A DNA stretch of 64,000 bases from an uncultured Candidatus Rokubacteria bacterium (lineage in GTDB: Bacteria > Methylomirabilota > Methylomirabilia > Rokubacteriales > DASRDR01): positions 196,373 through 260,372 of the forward strand of contig CAWGVS010000004.1 in NCBI GenBank assembly GCA_963826115.1. The letters run 5' to 3'. The position numbers and the translations under genes were made by a program. The number at the start of each line of letters is the position of its first letter. Position 1 is the stretch's first letter. Below the pieces are notes generated by a model. The model saw nothing but the letters and a program-made list of their open reading frames with translations. It searched no databases and was not told the origin of the DNA. Below are positions 9,000 through 20,454 of this stretch, in pieces.

Positions 9000-9931
9000 T
9001 GCCGATCTTCCGTTCCCTCCTCGAGGCGCTGTCCGCCATGGCGGCCAAGACGCTCTTGCTGGGCGAGGACGCGGCCCACATCCTCGCGCGGATCGCGGTC
9101 ATCGGGGGCGCGATCCTGTTCGGCTGGATCGGCTACCGGATCGCCTCGGCGATCATCCGCCGGCTGCTCGAGCCCCTGCTCGGCGCAACGGACTACCCGG
9201 CGCGGGTCCAGCGTGCCCGGACCCTGGGCCCGCTCCTGACCAGCACGACGCGCTACCTCATGGCGTTCGTCGTGGTCGTGGTCGTCCTCCAGCAGATCGG
9301 CATCGACGTGCGCGCGCTTCTCGTATCGGCGGGCGTCGTCGGCCTCGCGATCGGCCTGGGGGCGCAGAGCCTGATCCGCGACGTCATCATGGGGTTCTTC
9401 CTCCTCCTCGAGAACCTGATTTCGGTCGGCGACGTCATCGAGGTGGGGCCGCACACCGGCGTCGTCGAGTCGGTCGGTCTCCGCGTGACGAAGATCCGGA
9501 AGTTCTCGGGCGAGCTGCGCATCGTCCCGAACGGAGAGCTGACGTCGTTCGGTCATCACGCCGCGGGCTGGGCCCGCCTGGTGATCGAGGTGGCCATCGA
9601 CTACGACGAGGACGTCGACCGCGCGCTCCGCGTGCTGGGCGACGTCGGCCGGGCCGTCGCCGCCGCCCGCTCGCATGCGGTGCTCGAGCCCCCGACGGCC
9701 GAGGGCATCCTCCGCTTCGGCGCGACCGGCCAGGGCGAGGTGGTGCTCCGCCTGCACGCCCGCGTCGTCGCGACGGAGAAGGCGCCGCTCGAGCTCGAGG
9801 TCCGGCGCCGCGTCAAGGAGGCCTTCGCCGCCCACGGCGTCCGGGTCCCGCGCGCCATGATGGAGGTCCGGCTCGCCCCGCCGCCCGGCGGGGCGGCCGC
9901 CGCAGACAGTCGAAAGGAGTCTGTCGCATGA
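8999..9931 (+). CDS. Small-conductance mechanosensitive channel (MscS family)
   Basis: AG..GLAIGLGAQSLIRD..GF..L.E....VGD.I, G.VE..GLR.T, VPNG. Confidence 0.9.
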   Translation: MPIFRSLLEALSAMAAKTLLLGEDAAHILARIAVIGGAILFGWIGYRIASAIIRRLLEPLLGATDYPARVQRARTLGPLLTSTTRYLMAFVVVVVVLQQIGIDVRALLVSAGVVGLAIGLGAQSLIRDVIMGFFLLLENLISVGDVIEVGPHTGVVESVGLRVTKIRKFSGELRIVPNGELTSFGHHAAGWARLVIEVAIDYDEDVDRALRVLGDVGRAVAAARSHAVLEPPTAEGILRFGATGQGEVVLRLHARVVATEKAPLELEVRRRVKEAFAAHGVRVPRAMMEVRLAPPPGGAAAADSRKESVA

Positions 9932-10791
9932 GGGTTCGCACCGCCGTGTTCCCCGCCGCGGGTCTCGGCACCCGCTTCCTGCCCGCGACGAAGGCCCAGC
10001 CGAAGGAAATGCTGCCCCTCGTCGACAAGCCGATGATCCAGTACGTCGTCGAGGAGGCCGTGGCGGCCGGGCTCGACCGGGTCAGCCTCGTGACCGGCCG
10101 CGGCAAGCGCGCCATCGAGGACCACTTCGACTCGGCCGTCGAGCTGGAGTTCTACCTCCAGGAGCGGGGCAAGTGGGAGGAGCTGGCCCAGATCAAGACG
10201 ATCTCGGACCTCGCCTCGGTCTCCTACGTTCGCCAGAAGGAGCCGCTCGGGCTCGGCCACGCCATCCTGTGCGCCCGCCCCCTCGTGGGCGACGAGCCCT
10301 TCGCCGTGTTCCTGGGCGACGACATCATCGTCTCGGACCCGCCGTGCATCGCGCAGCTCCTGTCCGTCTTCGAGCAGCATGGCGATCCCGTCCTGGCCGT
10401 GAAGCAGGTGCCCCGATCCCAGCTGTCGCGCTACGGCGTCATCAAGGGGACGCCGGTCGGCGAGAACGTCTACCGGGTGGACGATCTGGTGGAGAAGCCG
10501 GCGCCCGAGGCGGCCCCGTCGGACCTGGCGATCATCGGGCGCTACGTCCTCACGCCCGACGTGTTCCCGATCCTCGCCGAGACGGCCCCCGACCACCGGG
10601 GGGAGATCCAGCTGACCGACGCCCTTCGCCGGCTCCGCGCGCGGCGCCCCATCTACGCGGTCCGCTTCACGGGGCAGCACTTCGACACCGGGGAGAAGCT
10701 CGGCTTCCTGAAGGCCACGGTCGACATGGCGCTCGCCCGCCCCGACCTCGGCGACGCCTTCCGGGAGTACCTCCGCGGGGTCAAGCTCTGA
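9928..10791 (+). CDS. galU: UTP-glucose-1-phosphate uridylyltransferase
   Basis: AVFPAAGLGTRFLPATKAQPKEMLP, QKEPLGLGHA, VEKP, GEIQLTDA. Confidence 0.97.
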   Translation: MRVRTAVFPAAGLGTRFLPATKAQPKEMLPLVDKPMIQYVVEEAVAAGLDRVSLVTGRGKRAIEDHFDSAVELEFYLQERGKWEELAQIKTISDLASVSYVRQKEPLGLGHAILCARPLVGDEPFAVFLGDDIIVSDPPCIAQLLSVFEQHGDPVLAVKQVPRSQLSRYGVIKGTPVGENVYRVDDLVEKPAPEAAPSDLAIIGRYVLTPDVFPILAETAPDHRGEIQLTDALRRLRARRPIYAVRFTGQHFDTGEKLGFLKATVDMALARPDLGDAFREYLRGVKL

Positions 10792-10857
10792 CGCGCCGGC
10801 CCTGAGGGGTCCCCGGGCGATCCCCGGCGGGCGGCGGTGGCCGTGCCCCGCCGTGGC

Positions 10858-10887
10858 TTGCTGGGACGGGGAGGGGTCTGCTAGAAT
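10858..10887 (+). promoter_or_regulatory. sigma70-type promoter TTGCTG-N18-TAGAAT with extended -10 (TGn)
   Basis: TGCTAGAAT 10879-10887 in an AT-richer patch upstream of the pncB-trp operon. Confidence 0.55.
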
Positions 10888-11026
10888 TTTGTCCAACTTT
10901 TCACCACCTACGGGTCAACAGTGAGCCCCAGTACGATCCAGTCCCGCAGCCACCTCCCCCTCCCGGCGCCCCGCGGCGGCGGACGGCCCTCCTGCGGGCG
11001 TCCCGGACGCTGAGCCCGACCGACCC

Positions 11027-12235
11027 ATGGCTGACCGGCGCCCCTTCCACCTCGCCACCGACCACGAGATCAAGTCGGGCGAGGTCACCGACGTCTACTT
11101 CAACCGGACGGTCCAGATCCTCCGGGCCCGGGGCAACCGGGCGCGCGTCAAGGCCGAGGTGTACCTGAAGAGCCTCCCGGGCGACTGGGGGTGGGGCATC
11201 CTCGCGGGCATCGAGGAAGCGGCCCGCCTCCTCGAGGGCCTGCCGATCGACGTGACCGCGATGGACGAGGGCACGGTCTTCGCCGCCTACCAGCCCATCC
11301 TCACCGTCGAGGGCGTGTACGTCGACTGGGCGGAGTACGAGACGGCGCTCCTCGGGCTCCTCTGCCAGGCGTCGGGGATCGCCACCAAGTCGGCCCGATG
11401 CAAGAAGGCGGCCGGGGAGCGGCAGGTCATCAGCTTCGGCGCCCGCCGGATGCACCCCGGGCTCGCCCCCATGATCGAGCGGAACGCGTTCGTCGGCGGC
11501 TGCGACGGCGTGGCGGTGACGAAGTCGGCGGAGCTGATCGACGCCGATCCGATGGGCACGATTCCGCATGCCCTGGTCCTCGTCATCGGCGACACCGTGG
11601 AGGCCCTGCGCGCGTTCAACGACGTCGTCGATCCGAAGGTCCGGCGGGTGGCGTTGATCGACACCCTCCAGGACGAGAAGTTCGAGGCGATCCGCGTCGC
11701 CGAGGCGCTCGGCCGCGAGCTCTACGCCGTCCGGCTCGACACGCCGTCCTCGCGCCGCGGCGACTTCTACCGGATCCTCGAGGAGGTGCGCTGGGAGCTG
11801 GACTACCGGGGGTACGAGTACGTGCGCATCATCGCCACCGGCGGCATCGACGAGTACCAGATGCCGCGGCTCAACCCCCTGGTGGACGCCTACGGCGTGG
11901 GGACGGCCATCGCCAACGCCCCCGTCCTCAACTTCGGGCTCGACATCATGGAGATCGACGGTCAGCCGATCGCCAAGCGCGGCAAGCACTCGGGGTCGAA
12001 GCGCGTCCTCCGCTGCCGCGCCTGCGGCAAGACGGTCGTCGTCGCCGCCCACAAGCCCGTCGATCGGTGCCCATGCGGCGGGTCGTACGAGGACCTCCTG
12101 AAGCCGCTCATTCGCGGGGGCCGTGTCGCGCGCGACTTGCCGCCGCCCCGCACGCTTCGCGAGCACGTCCTCGAGCAGCTCCGGCGCGTCCCGCTCGAGC
12201 TGCCGGGATCGGGCGGACTTCGCGGCGACTTCTGA
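11027..12235 (+). CDS. pncB: Nicotinate phosphoribosyltransferase (archaeal-like type with Cys-rich C-terminus)
   Basis: TDVYF, SFGARR, GTIPH, LIDT, VRLDTPSSRRG, GVGT, K.GK; CRAC..CPC near C-terminus. Confidence 0.9.
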   Translation: MADRRPFHLATDHEIKSGEVTDVYFNRTVQILRARGNRARVKAEVYLKSLPGDWGWGILAGIEEAARLLEGLPIDVTAMDEGTVFAAYQPILTVEGVYVDWAEYETALLGLLCQASGIATKSARCKKAAGERQVISFGARRMHPGLAPMIERNAFVGGCDGVAVTKSAELIDADPMGTIPHALVLVIGDTVEALRAFNDVVDPKVRRVALIDTLQDEKFEAIRVAEALGRELYAVRLDTPSSRRGDFYRILEEVRWELDYRGYEYVRIIATGGIDEYQMPRLNPLVDAYGVGTAIANAPVLNFGLDIMEIDGQPIAKRGKHSGSKRVLRCRACGKTVVVAAHKPVDRCPCGGSYEDLLKPLIRGGRVARDLPPPRTLREHVLEQLRRVPLELPGSGGLRGDF

Positions 12236-12248
12236 GCGAATCGATGCC

Positions 12249-13031
12249 ATGGGACTCCTGGACGAGATCGTCGCCCGAAAGCGTGTGGACGTCGCCGCCC
12301 GACAGCTGGCCGTTCCCCGGGGCGCGCTCGCGGTCCGTGTCGCCACGCTCCCCGCGCCCCGGAGCCTCGCCGCGGCGCTGACCCCACGCGCGGCCGGCGC
12401 GGTCCAGGTCCTCGCCGAGCTCAAGCGCGCCTCCCCGGTCAAGGGCGTCCTTGCCGAGGGCTTCGACCCCGTGGCCCGGGCGCCCGAGTACGTGCGGGCC
12501 GGCGCGTCCGCCCTCTCCGTCCTGACGGACCTGCACTTCCAGGGGAGCCTCGACGACCTGGACTCGGTGCGGGACCGGGTGGACTGCCCCGTTCTCGAGA
12601 AGGACTTCGTCGTCGACGAGTACCAGGTGTGGGAGGCGCGGGCCCACGGCGCGGACGCCATCCTCCTCATCGTGGCGATCCTCGAGCCCGGGCAGCTCGC
12701 CGACCTCTTCCAGGCCGCCAAGGGGCTCGGCCTCTCGGCGCTGGTCGAGGTCCACCGCGAGGCGGAGCTCGAGCGCGCGGCGGACCTGGGCGCGGGCCTC
12801 ATCGGGATCAACAACCGCGACCTCACGACGTTTCGGACCGACCTCGCGACCACCGAGCGGCTCGCGCCGCGCGCGCCGGCCGGCGCGTGCCTCGTCTCCG
12901 AGAGCGGCGTCGCCACGCGCGCCGACGTCCTCCGGGTGCGCGCGGCGGGCGCCCACGCGATCCTGGTCGGCGAGTCCCTGTCCCGGAGCGGCGACCCCGC
13001 GGCCAAGCTCCGCGAGCTTCTCGGGTCATGA
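12249..13031 (+). CDS. trpC: Indole-3-glycerol phosphate synthase
   Basis: AELKRASP.KG, SVLTD, KDF, GINNRDL, SESG, LVGESL. Confidence 0.95.
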   Translation: MGLLDEIVARKRVDVAARQLAVPRGALAVRVATLPAPRSLAAALTPRAAGAVQVLAELKRASPVKGVLAEGFDPVARAPEYVRAGASALSVLTDLHFQGSLDDLDSVRDRVDCPVLEKDFVVDEYQVWEARAHGADAILLIVAILEPGQLADLFQAAKGLGLSALVEVHREAELERAADLGAGLIGINNRDLTTFRTDLATTERLAPRAPAGACLVSESGVATRADVLRVRAAGAHAILVGESLSRSGDPAAKLRELLGS

Positions 13032-13168
13032 GCGCAGCGAAGGCGGATCGCAGGCCCCGAGCCGACATACTCCCCGCGCCTCCTGGCCACCGGCCGCAGG
13101 CCGTCTCCGTATCGGGAGGGGTCGCCACAGGCCGAAGGCCGTCCGACAGGGGGGGGCGACCCGAATGA
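13028..13168 (+). repeat. Structured palindromic insert between trpC and trpF, readable as a 46-aa ORF
   Basis: GGCC-GCA-GGCC and GGCC-GAA-GGCC mini-hairpins and a GGGTCGCC/GGCGACCC stem; ATGA overlaps at both ends. Confidence 0.5.
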
Positions 13169-13813
13169 CCCACCTGCGCGTCAAGATCTGCGGGATCACG
13201 TCCCTCGACGACGCCCTCTGGGCGGCCGACGCGGGGGCCGACGCCCTCGGGCTGAACTTCGTGGAGGGGACCCCCCGCTACGTCACGCCGGCCGCCGCGG
13301 CCGCCATCGTGGCGGGCCTCCCGCCGTTCGTGTGCCCGGTCGGCGTCTTCTGGGACCACGCGCCGGCGCACGTGGCCGCCGTCGTCGCGGAGTGCGGCCT
13401 CGAGGCCGTCCAGCTCCACGGCGCGGAGCCGCCCGAGCACGTGACGGCGATGCCCCGCCCGGTGCTGAAGACGATCAAGGTGCGGGACGCGGGCGACCTC
13501 GCCCAGCTCGACCGCTACAAGCCCGCGGCGTTCCTCCTCGACAGCGCGGCGCGCTGGAGCGAGGGCGAGCCGCGGCGCCCCATCTCCTGGACGCTCGCCC
13601 GCGAGGCGAACGCCCGGGGCCGCGTGATCCTCTCGGCCGGCCTCACGCCCGAGACCGTCGGCGAGGCCGTCCGCGTCGCGCGGCCGTGGGGGGTCGACGT
13701 GAGCTCCGGCGTGGAGGCGGCGCCGGGGCGGAAGGATCCGGCGAAGGTGGCGCGATTCGTCCGAGCGGCACGCGCCGCCGCGGCGGAGCTCGAGGGTGAG
13801 GCGGAGCGACGCG

Positions 13814-13821
<8 letters not shown>
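13165..13821 (+). CDS. trpF: Phosphoribosylanthranilate isomerase
   Basis: [30 protein letters not shown]. Confidence 0.95.
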
Positions 13822-15041
<1,220 letters not shown>

Positions 15042-15055
<14 letters not shown>

Positions 15056-15872
15056 CGCCGCGTTTGCGCGGCTCCGGGAGCGGGGCGAGCGCGCGCTGAT
15101 CCCGTACTTCGTCGCGGGCGACCCGAGCCTCGAGGTCACGGCGCGCCTGATCGAGGAGGCGGACGCTCGCGGCGCGGACGTGATCGAGGTCGGCCTCCCG
15201 TTCTCCGATCCCCTCGCCGACGGGCCCACGATCCAGCGGGCCGACGTCCGCGCCCTCGAGCAGGGGACGAGCCTCTTCCGGCTCCTGCCGGTGCTCGCCG
15301 AGGTGAGCGGCCGGGTCCGCGCCCCGCTGGTCGTCATGACGTACCTGAATCCGCTCCATCGCTACGGGCTCGACGCGGTGACGCGCGACCTCGCGAAGGC
15401 GGGCGTGGCGGGACTCATCGTGCCGGACTGCCCGATCGACGAGAGCGGGCCGCTCGGGCGCGCCGCCGAGGCCGCGGGCCTCGACCTGGTCGCGCTCGCC
15501 GCGCCGACGAGCGGCCCGGAGCGGCTCCGCCGGATCGCCCGCGCGAGCCGCGGCTTCATCTACCTCGTCCCGCTCACGGGCATCACCGGCGAGCGGACGC
15601 AGGTGCCGGCCGAGCTGGTGCGGCTCGTGCGCGACCTCCGCGCGGTCACGACCAAGCCGATCGGCGTCGGCTTCGGCATCTCGACGCCGGAGCAGGTGGC
15701 CGCGGTCGTCCGGCACGCCGACGCCGCCATCGTCGGGAGCGCCATCGTCCGCCTGGTCGAGCGGCTCCAGGGCGACCCGGGGCTCGTGACGAAGGTCGGC
15801 GATTTCGTCGGTGCGCTCAAGGCCGCCACCCGCGGTGCGGCCGCCGGCAACGGCGGCGGGCCGGGGCCGTAG
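15042..15872 (+). CDS. trpA: Tryptophan synthase alpha chain
   Basis: [35 protein letters not shown]. Confidence 0.97.
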
Positions 15873-15882
15873 GGGACGCCCG

Positions 15883-16731
15883 ATGGCCTGGCTGTTCGGC
15901 CGCGACAAGCCGCGGAAGATCACCACCGAGGGTCTCTGGACGAAGTGCGAGACCTGCCGGGAGATCGTCTACCGGGCGGACGTCGAGAAGAACGCGTGGA
16001 CCTGCCCGCGCTGCGGCCAGCCGTTCCGGCTCTCGGCTCGCGAGCGCCTCGACCTCCTCCTCGACCCCGGATCGTTCGAGGAGCGGGACGCGGGGCTCCG
16101 CTCCCAGGACCCGCTGGGCTTCAAGGACAACCGCGGCCGCTACGCCGACCGCCTCCAATCGTCCCGCGCCAAGACGGGCCGGGAGGACGCGCTGGTCTCC
16201 GGCGTCGGACGGATCCACGGGCACTCGCTGGTCGTCTGCATCTTCGAGTTCGGGTTCATGGGCGGGAGCATGGCCTCCGTCGTCGGCGAGAAGATCACCC
16301 GGGCCATCGAGCTCTCGACGCGGAAGCGCCTCCCGCTGCTCGTCGTCACGTGCTCGGGTGGCGCCCGGATGCAGGAGGGCGTGCTCTCGCTCATGCAGAT
16401 GGCGAAGACGTCGGCGGCCCTGGGCCGACTGGCCGAGGAGCGGGTGCCGTACTTCGCCCTCCTGGCGGACCCGACGACGGGCGGCGTGACCGCGTCCTTC
16501 GCGATGCTGGGCGACGTCATCCTCGCCGAGCCCAAGGCGCTCATCGGCTTCGCGGGTCCCCGGGTCATCCAGGAGACCATCCGCCAGCCGCTCCCCGAGG
16601 GGTTCCAGCGCTCGGAGTTCCTGCTGGAGCACGGCATGGTGGACCAGGTGGTCGACCGGAAGGAGATCCGCGAGACCCTCCGGCGCCTCCTCGTGTTCTT
16701 CGCGGAGCCCGTCGAACCCTCCGTCCCGTGA
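15883..16731 (+). CDS. accD: Acetyl-CoA carboxylase carboxyltransferase beta subunit
   Basis: LWTKC..C..C..C zinc finger, FMGGSM, SGGARMQEG, PTTGGVTASFA, GFAGPRVI. Confidence 0.97.
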   Translation: MAWLFGRDKPRKITTEGLWTKCETCREIVYRADVEKNAWTCPRCGQPFRLSARERLDLLLDPGSFEERDAGLRSQDPLGFKDNRGRYADRLQSSRAKTGREDALVSGVGRIHGHSLVVCIFEFGFMGGSMASVVGEKITRAIELSTRKRLPLLVVTCSGGARMQEGVLSLMQMAKTSAALGRLAEERVPYFALLADPTTGGVTASFAMLGDVILAEPKALIGFAGPRVIQETIRQPLPEGFQRSEFLLEHGMVDQVVDRKEIRETLRRLLVFFAEPVEPSVP

Positions 16732-18029
16732 CGGCTCCGCTCGAGCGGCTGCTCGGCCTCGCGCGCTGGGAGCGCGCCGGGATGCGGCTCGGGCTCGAGC
16801 GCATCGAGGCGCTCCTCGACGCTCTCGGCCGTCCCGAGGCCGCGCTCCCCGTGGTCCACGTCGGCGGAACGAACGGGAAGGGCTCCGTGGCCGCGCTGAC
16901 CGCGGCCATCCTGCAGGCCGCCGGCCTCCGCACGGGGCTCTACACGTCGCCGCATCTCCTCGAGGTCACCGAGCGGGTCCGCATCGACGGCGTCCCGGTG
17001 ACGCGCGAGGTCCTCGGCCGCCACGCGGCGCGGATCGGGCCCGCGCTGGACGCGGGCGCCGCGACCTTCTTCGAGGCGATGACGGCCGTGGCCCTGGCCG
17101 CGTTCCACGAGGCGGAGGTCGACGCCGCCGTCCTGGAGGTGGGGCTCGGCGGGCGGTGGGACGCGACCAACGTCGGCCACCCGCTGGTGTCGGTGGTGAC
17201 GCGGATCGACTACGACCACCAGGAGTTCCTCGGGCGGCGCCTCGAGGACATCGCGGGCGAGAAGGCCGGCATCATCCGGGGCGGCACCGCGCTCTCCGCG
17301 ACGCAGGCCCCCGAGGCGCTGGCGGTCATCGAGGCGCGCTGCCAGGCGGTCGGCGTGCCGCTCCTCGTCGAGGGCCGCGAGCTGACGGTCGAGGCGCGCG
17401 AGAGCGACCTCGAGGGGCACCGCCTCTGGCTCCGCGGGCCCGACTGGCGGTACGACGACGTCCGGGTCGCGCTTCCGGGACTCTTCCAGCACGGGAACGC
17501 CGTCCTCGCGATCGGCGCCGTCCGGGCGTTCGCGGCCGCCTCGGGGCGGCCGGTGCCCGAGGCCGCGGTGCGCGCGGGCTGCGCGGCCGTCCGCTGGCCG
17601 GGCCGATTCCAGGTGATCCCGGGCGGCGCGGGGCGGCCCACGCTGGTCCTCGACGGGGCGCACAACCCGGGCGGCGCGACGGCGCTGGCGGCGTCCCTCC
17701 GCCACCACTTCGCCGGACGCCGCCTCGCGCTGGTCCTCGGCGTCTCGGCGGACAAGGATCGGGCGGGGATCCTGAAGGCCCTCGCCCCGCTGGCCGCCCG
17801 CATCTACCTCGCGCCCGCCGATCATCCACGGGCGACGCCGCCCGGCGAGCTGATCGGCCAGCTGCCGCCGGTGGACGCGGACGTCGTCCTGGCCGCGGGG
17901 ACGGACGAGGCCCTCGCGCGCGCGCTCGGCGACCCTGGGATCGACGTGGTCTGCCTCGCCGGCTCCCTGTTTCTCGTGGCGGACGCCCTCCGCTGGCTCG
18001 GCGCCCGTGGCCTCGTCGGCCGCAGCTGA
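16728..18029 (+). CDS. folC: Folylpolyglutamate/dihydrofolate synthase
   Basis: GTG overlap; HVGGTNGKGS, YTSPHL, EVGLGGR.DATN, WPGRF, DGAHN, GSLF. Confidence 0.95.
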   Translation: MTAPLERLLGLARWERAGMRLGLERIEALLDALGRPEAALPVVHVGGTNGKGSVAALTAAILQAAGLRTGLYTSPHLLEVTERVRIDGVPVTREVLGRHAARIGPALDAGAATFFEAMTAVALAAFHEAEVDAAVLEVGLGGRWDATNVGHPLVSVVTRIDYDHQEFLGRRLEDIAGEKAGIIRGGTALSATQAPEALAVIEARCQAVGVPLLVEGRELTVEARESDLEGHRLWLRGPDWRYDDVRVALPGLFQHGNAVLAIGAVRAFAAASGRPVPEAAVRAGCAAVRWPGRFQVIPGGAGRPTLVLDGAHNPGGATALAASLRHHFAGRRLALVLGVSADKDRAGILKALAPLAARIYLAPADHPRATPPGELIGQLPPVDADVVLAAGTDEALARALGDPGIDVVCLAGSLFLVADALRWLGARGLVGRS

Positions 18030-19077
18030 CGCCGCCCCCGCCCCGGCGGGTCCCGACGCGACCCCGCCGGTCACGGAGTACCGCGTCGGCACCGCGTCCT
18101 GGCTCGACCAGTCGCTGGTCGCGTCGGGACGGTTCTACCCGCGAACGGCGATGTCGTCCGAGGAGCGGCTCCGCTGGTACGCGCGCTTCTTCGACTGCGT
18201 CGAGGTGAACTCCACCTACTACGCCTTGCCGTCACCGCGGAATTCCCTCATGTGGGCCGAGCGGACGCCGCCGGGCTTCCTCTTCCACGTGAAGGCGTAC
18301 AGCCTGATGACGGGCCACCATCCGCGTCTCGAAAGCCTCCCGCCCGAGGTGCGGCTCCTCTTGCCCGAGGACGTGCCGCTGCGCTCCCGCGGCGAGGTCG
18401 ACCGCACCCGGATCCCGCGCGAGGCGCTCGACCGCTGCTTCGAGCTGTTCCGCCTGGCCCTCGACCCCCTGGCCACGGCCGGGAAGCTCGGCTACGTCCT
18501 CTTCCAGCTCGCCCCCTGGATCCGGTACGACGAGACAACGCTCGCGTATCTCGCCACGCTGCGCGCGCGGCTGCCCGGCTGGACGCTCGCCGTCGAGTTT
18601 CGCAACGAGACGTGGATCCCCGAGCGGACGGACGAGGTCGTCGCCTTCCTGGCCCGGCACGGCCTCGTCCTCGCGACGGTGGACGCCGTGTGGCAGCCGT
18701 GGGTGGAGGCCGCGACCACGCCGGAGTGGTCGGTCCTCCGGCTCCACGGCCGGAACCTGCGCGGCTGGCTCGACCAGCGCGCCGGCCGCGAGCCCACCGT
18801 GGCGGAGAAGTACGATTACCTGTATGGTCCCGAGGAGCTCGGTGAGCTCGCCGGCCGCGCCCGGCGCCTCCACCGGCGCGCCCGGCGCGTGGCGGTGACG
18901 TTCAACAACAACAACGAGGACTTTCCCACCCAGAACGCGCTCGATCTCAAGCGCCTCCTCGGCCTCGACGCGCCCGACCTCGCCGCGGTGCGCGCGAGCT
19001 GGCGGCCGGCGCGTCGGCGCGCGGCGCCCGTCGAGACCGATCTCTGGGGGGACGAGACGGAGAGGAGCGAGCCATGA
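18007..19077 (+). CDS. DUF72-domain protein
   Basis: VGTASW, Y...F..VEVNSTYY, LFQ, VEFR, RLHGRN, YDYLY...EL, FNN; start uncertain. Confidence 0.9.
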   Translation: MASSAAADAAPAPAGPDATPPVTEYRVGTASWLDQSLVASGRFYPRTAMSSEERLRWYARFFDCVEVNSTYYALPSPRNSLMWAERTPPGFLFHVKAYSLMTGHHPRLESLPPEVRLLLPEDVPLRSRGEVDRTRIPREALDRCFELFRLALDPLATAGKLGYVLFQLAPWIRYDETTLAYLATLRARLPGWTLAVEFRNETWIPERTDEVVAFLARHGLVLATVDAVWQPWVEAATTPEWSVLRLHGRNLRGWLDQRAGREPTVAEKYDYLYGPEELGELAGRARRLHRRARRVAVTFNNNNEDFPTQNALDLKRLLGLDAPDLAAVRASWRPARRRAAPVETDLWGDETERSEP

Positions 19078-19712
19078 CGGGAGCCGCGACGTCGGGAGCC
19101 GCCGTGCCGGGCCGCGTGATCGACGACCGGGTCGTGCCGGCGGGCGGGGAGTGGGCGGGCGTCGTCCCGCGGGGCCGCGTCCTCCGCATCGTGGATCTGG
19201 AGGGCCGGCAGGCCGTCGACTTCCTCTGCTACGGCGCCGCCGACCCGAGCGAGCGCTACAACGCGGCCGACACGATGAAGTTCGCGAAGACGATCTTCCT
19301 CACGACGGGCCACGGTCTCTACTCGGGGCTGGGTCGCCGGCTCTTCACGATCGTGGGGGACACGTGCGGGCGCCACGACACCATCGGCGGCTGCTGCAGC
19401 GCCGAGTCCAACAAGCTCCGCTACGACGTCGACAACACCCCGAACTGCCGGGACAACTTCCTCCGGGCGCTGGCGCCGTTCGGCCTGGGGCGGAAGGACA
19501 TCGTGGCGAACCTGAACTTCTTCATGAACGTCCCCGTCGAGGCGGACGGGTCGATGGCGATCGTGGACGGCTGGTCGAAGCCGGGCGACCACGTGGACCT
19601 CCGGGCGGAGATGGACGTGCTCGCCGTGGTGTCGAACTGCCCGCAGATCTACAATCCGTGCAACGGCGGGCGACCGACGCCGATCCGCCTGGTGACCTAC
19701 GAGCCGGCCTGA
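19074..19712 (+). CDS. DUF1989 urea-carboxylase-associated protein (UAAP2/CgdB-like)
   Basis: RIVDLEG.QAVD, HDTIGGCC, CRDNF, N.FMNVP, SNCPQ..NPCN. Confidence 0.85.
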   Translation: MTGAATSGAAVPGRVIDDRVVPAGGEWAGVVPRGRVLRIVDLEGRQAVDFLCYGAADPSERYNAADTMKFAKTIFLTTGHGLYSGLGRRLFTIVGDTCGRHDTIGGCCSAESNKLRYDVDNTPNCRDNFLRALAPFGLGRKDIVANLNFFMNVPVEADGSMAIVDGWSKPGDHVDLRAEMDVLAVVSNCPQIYNPCNGGRPTPIRLVTYEPA

Positions 19713-19807
19713 GGCGTCAGGCGCGCGATCTGTCCGAGGATCCGCAACCGGCGAACGGAGGAACCCGCCGCCGATCCGCCTCGTCGCCTACGACCCGGCT
19801 GCCGGCG

Positions 19808-20347
19808 TCACGCCCGCGGGAAGCCGTGGGACTTCTTGATCCGGCGGATCTGCTGGAGGTGGTCCCGGTCGTGATGGGCGGTGAGCATCCACCACTGGCC
19901 GAGGTCCATCTCGCCGAGCGTGAAGTGCCGCCACGTGAACGCGCGGGGATCGATGGTGGCCAGGCGCGCCAGCGATTGCTGGCTCCGCTCCCGCGCCGCC
20001 CGCATGTCGTGGAGGAGCTGCCCGATCGGATGACCCTTTTCGGGGCGCACGACCGGCGGCGCCTCGCGCGGGCCGGGCGGCCACGGGGGCAGGGGCGCGA
20101 AGCCGGCGAGGTCTGCCGGGTAGGGTGCCGCCGCGCCGCCGGTCTCCTTGAGGAGCTTCGAGGTGAGCTTGCCGGTGTTCACCTCGGCGAGGGTCAGGTG
20201 GTGCAGGATCTCGCCGACCGACCAGTCGTCGGCGCTCGGTCGCCAGTCGGCCTGGGCTTGCGAGAGGCCGTCCGCCTCGCGCAGCACCTCGGCGCGCACG
20301 GCGTCGAGCTCGTGGGCGAGAGCGTCGAGCGCGGCAGGCAGCGTCAT
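19808..20347 (-). CDS. DinB-family protein
   Basis: WSV.EILHHL...E, H...G, H..DH..QI; SD GGAGGAG before ATG 20347. Confidence 0.85.
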   Translation of the reverse strand: MTLPAALDALAHELDAVRAEVLREADGLSQAQADWRPSADDWSVGEILHHLTLAEVNTGKLTSKLLKETGGAAAPYPADLAGFAPLPPWPPGPREAPPVVRPEKGHPIGQLLHDMRAARERSQQSLARLATIDPRAFTWRHFTLGEMDLGQWWMLTAHHDRDHLQQIRRIKKSHGFPRA

Positions 20348-20454
20348 GGCCGTCTCCTCCGGAGCGGTCGCGGGTGGCCGTCTGGACCGCGCGGGTGGGC
20401 GCGGCCGTCGGGGCGGATTATAGCGTGGTCTCACGAGGCTACGAGGAGGGCGAC

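Noticed and set aside
10921-11013. 30-codon uORF or riboswitch before the pncB-trp operon
   Set aside because: No Trp codons, no SD, no terminator, and no riboswitch motif that I recognise
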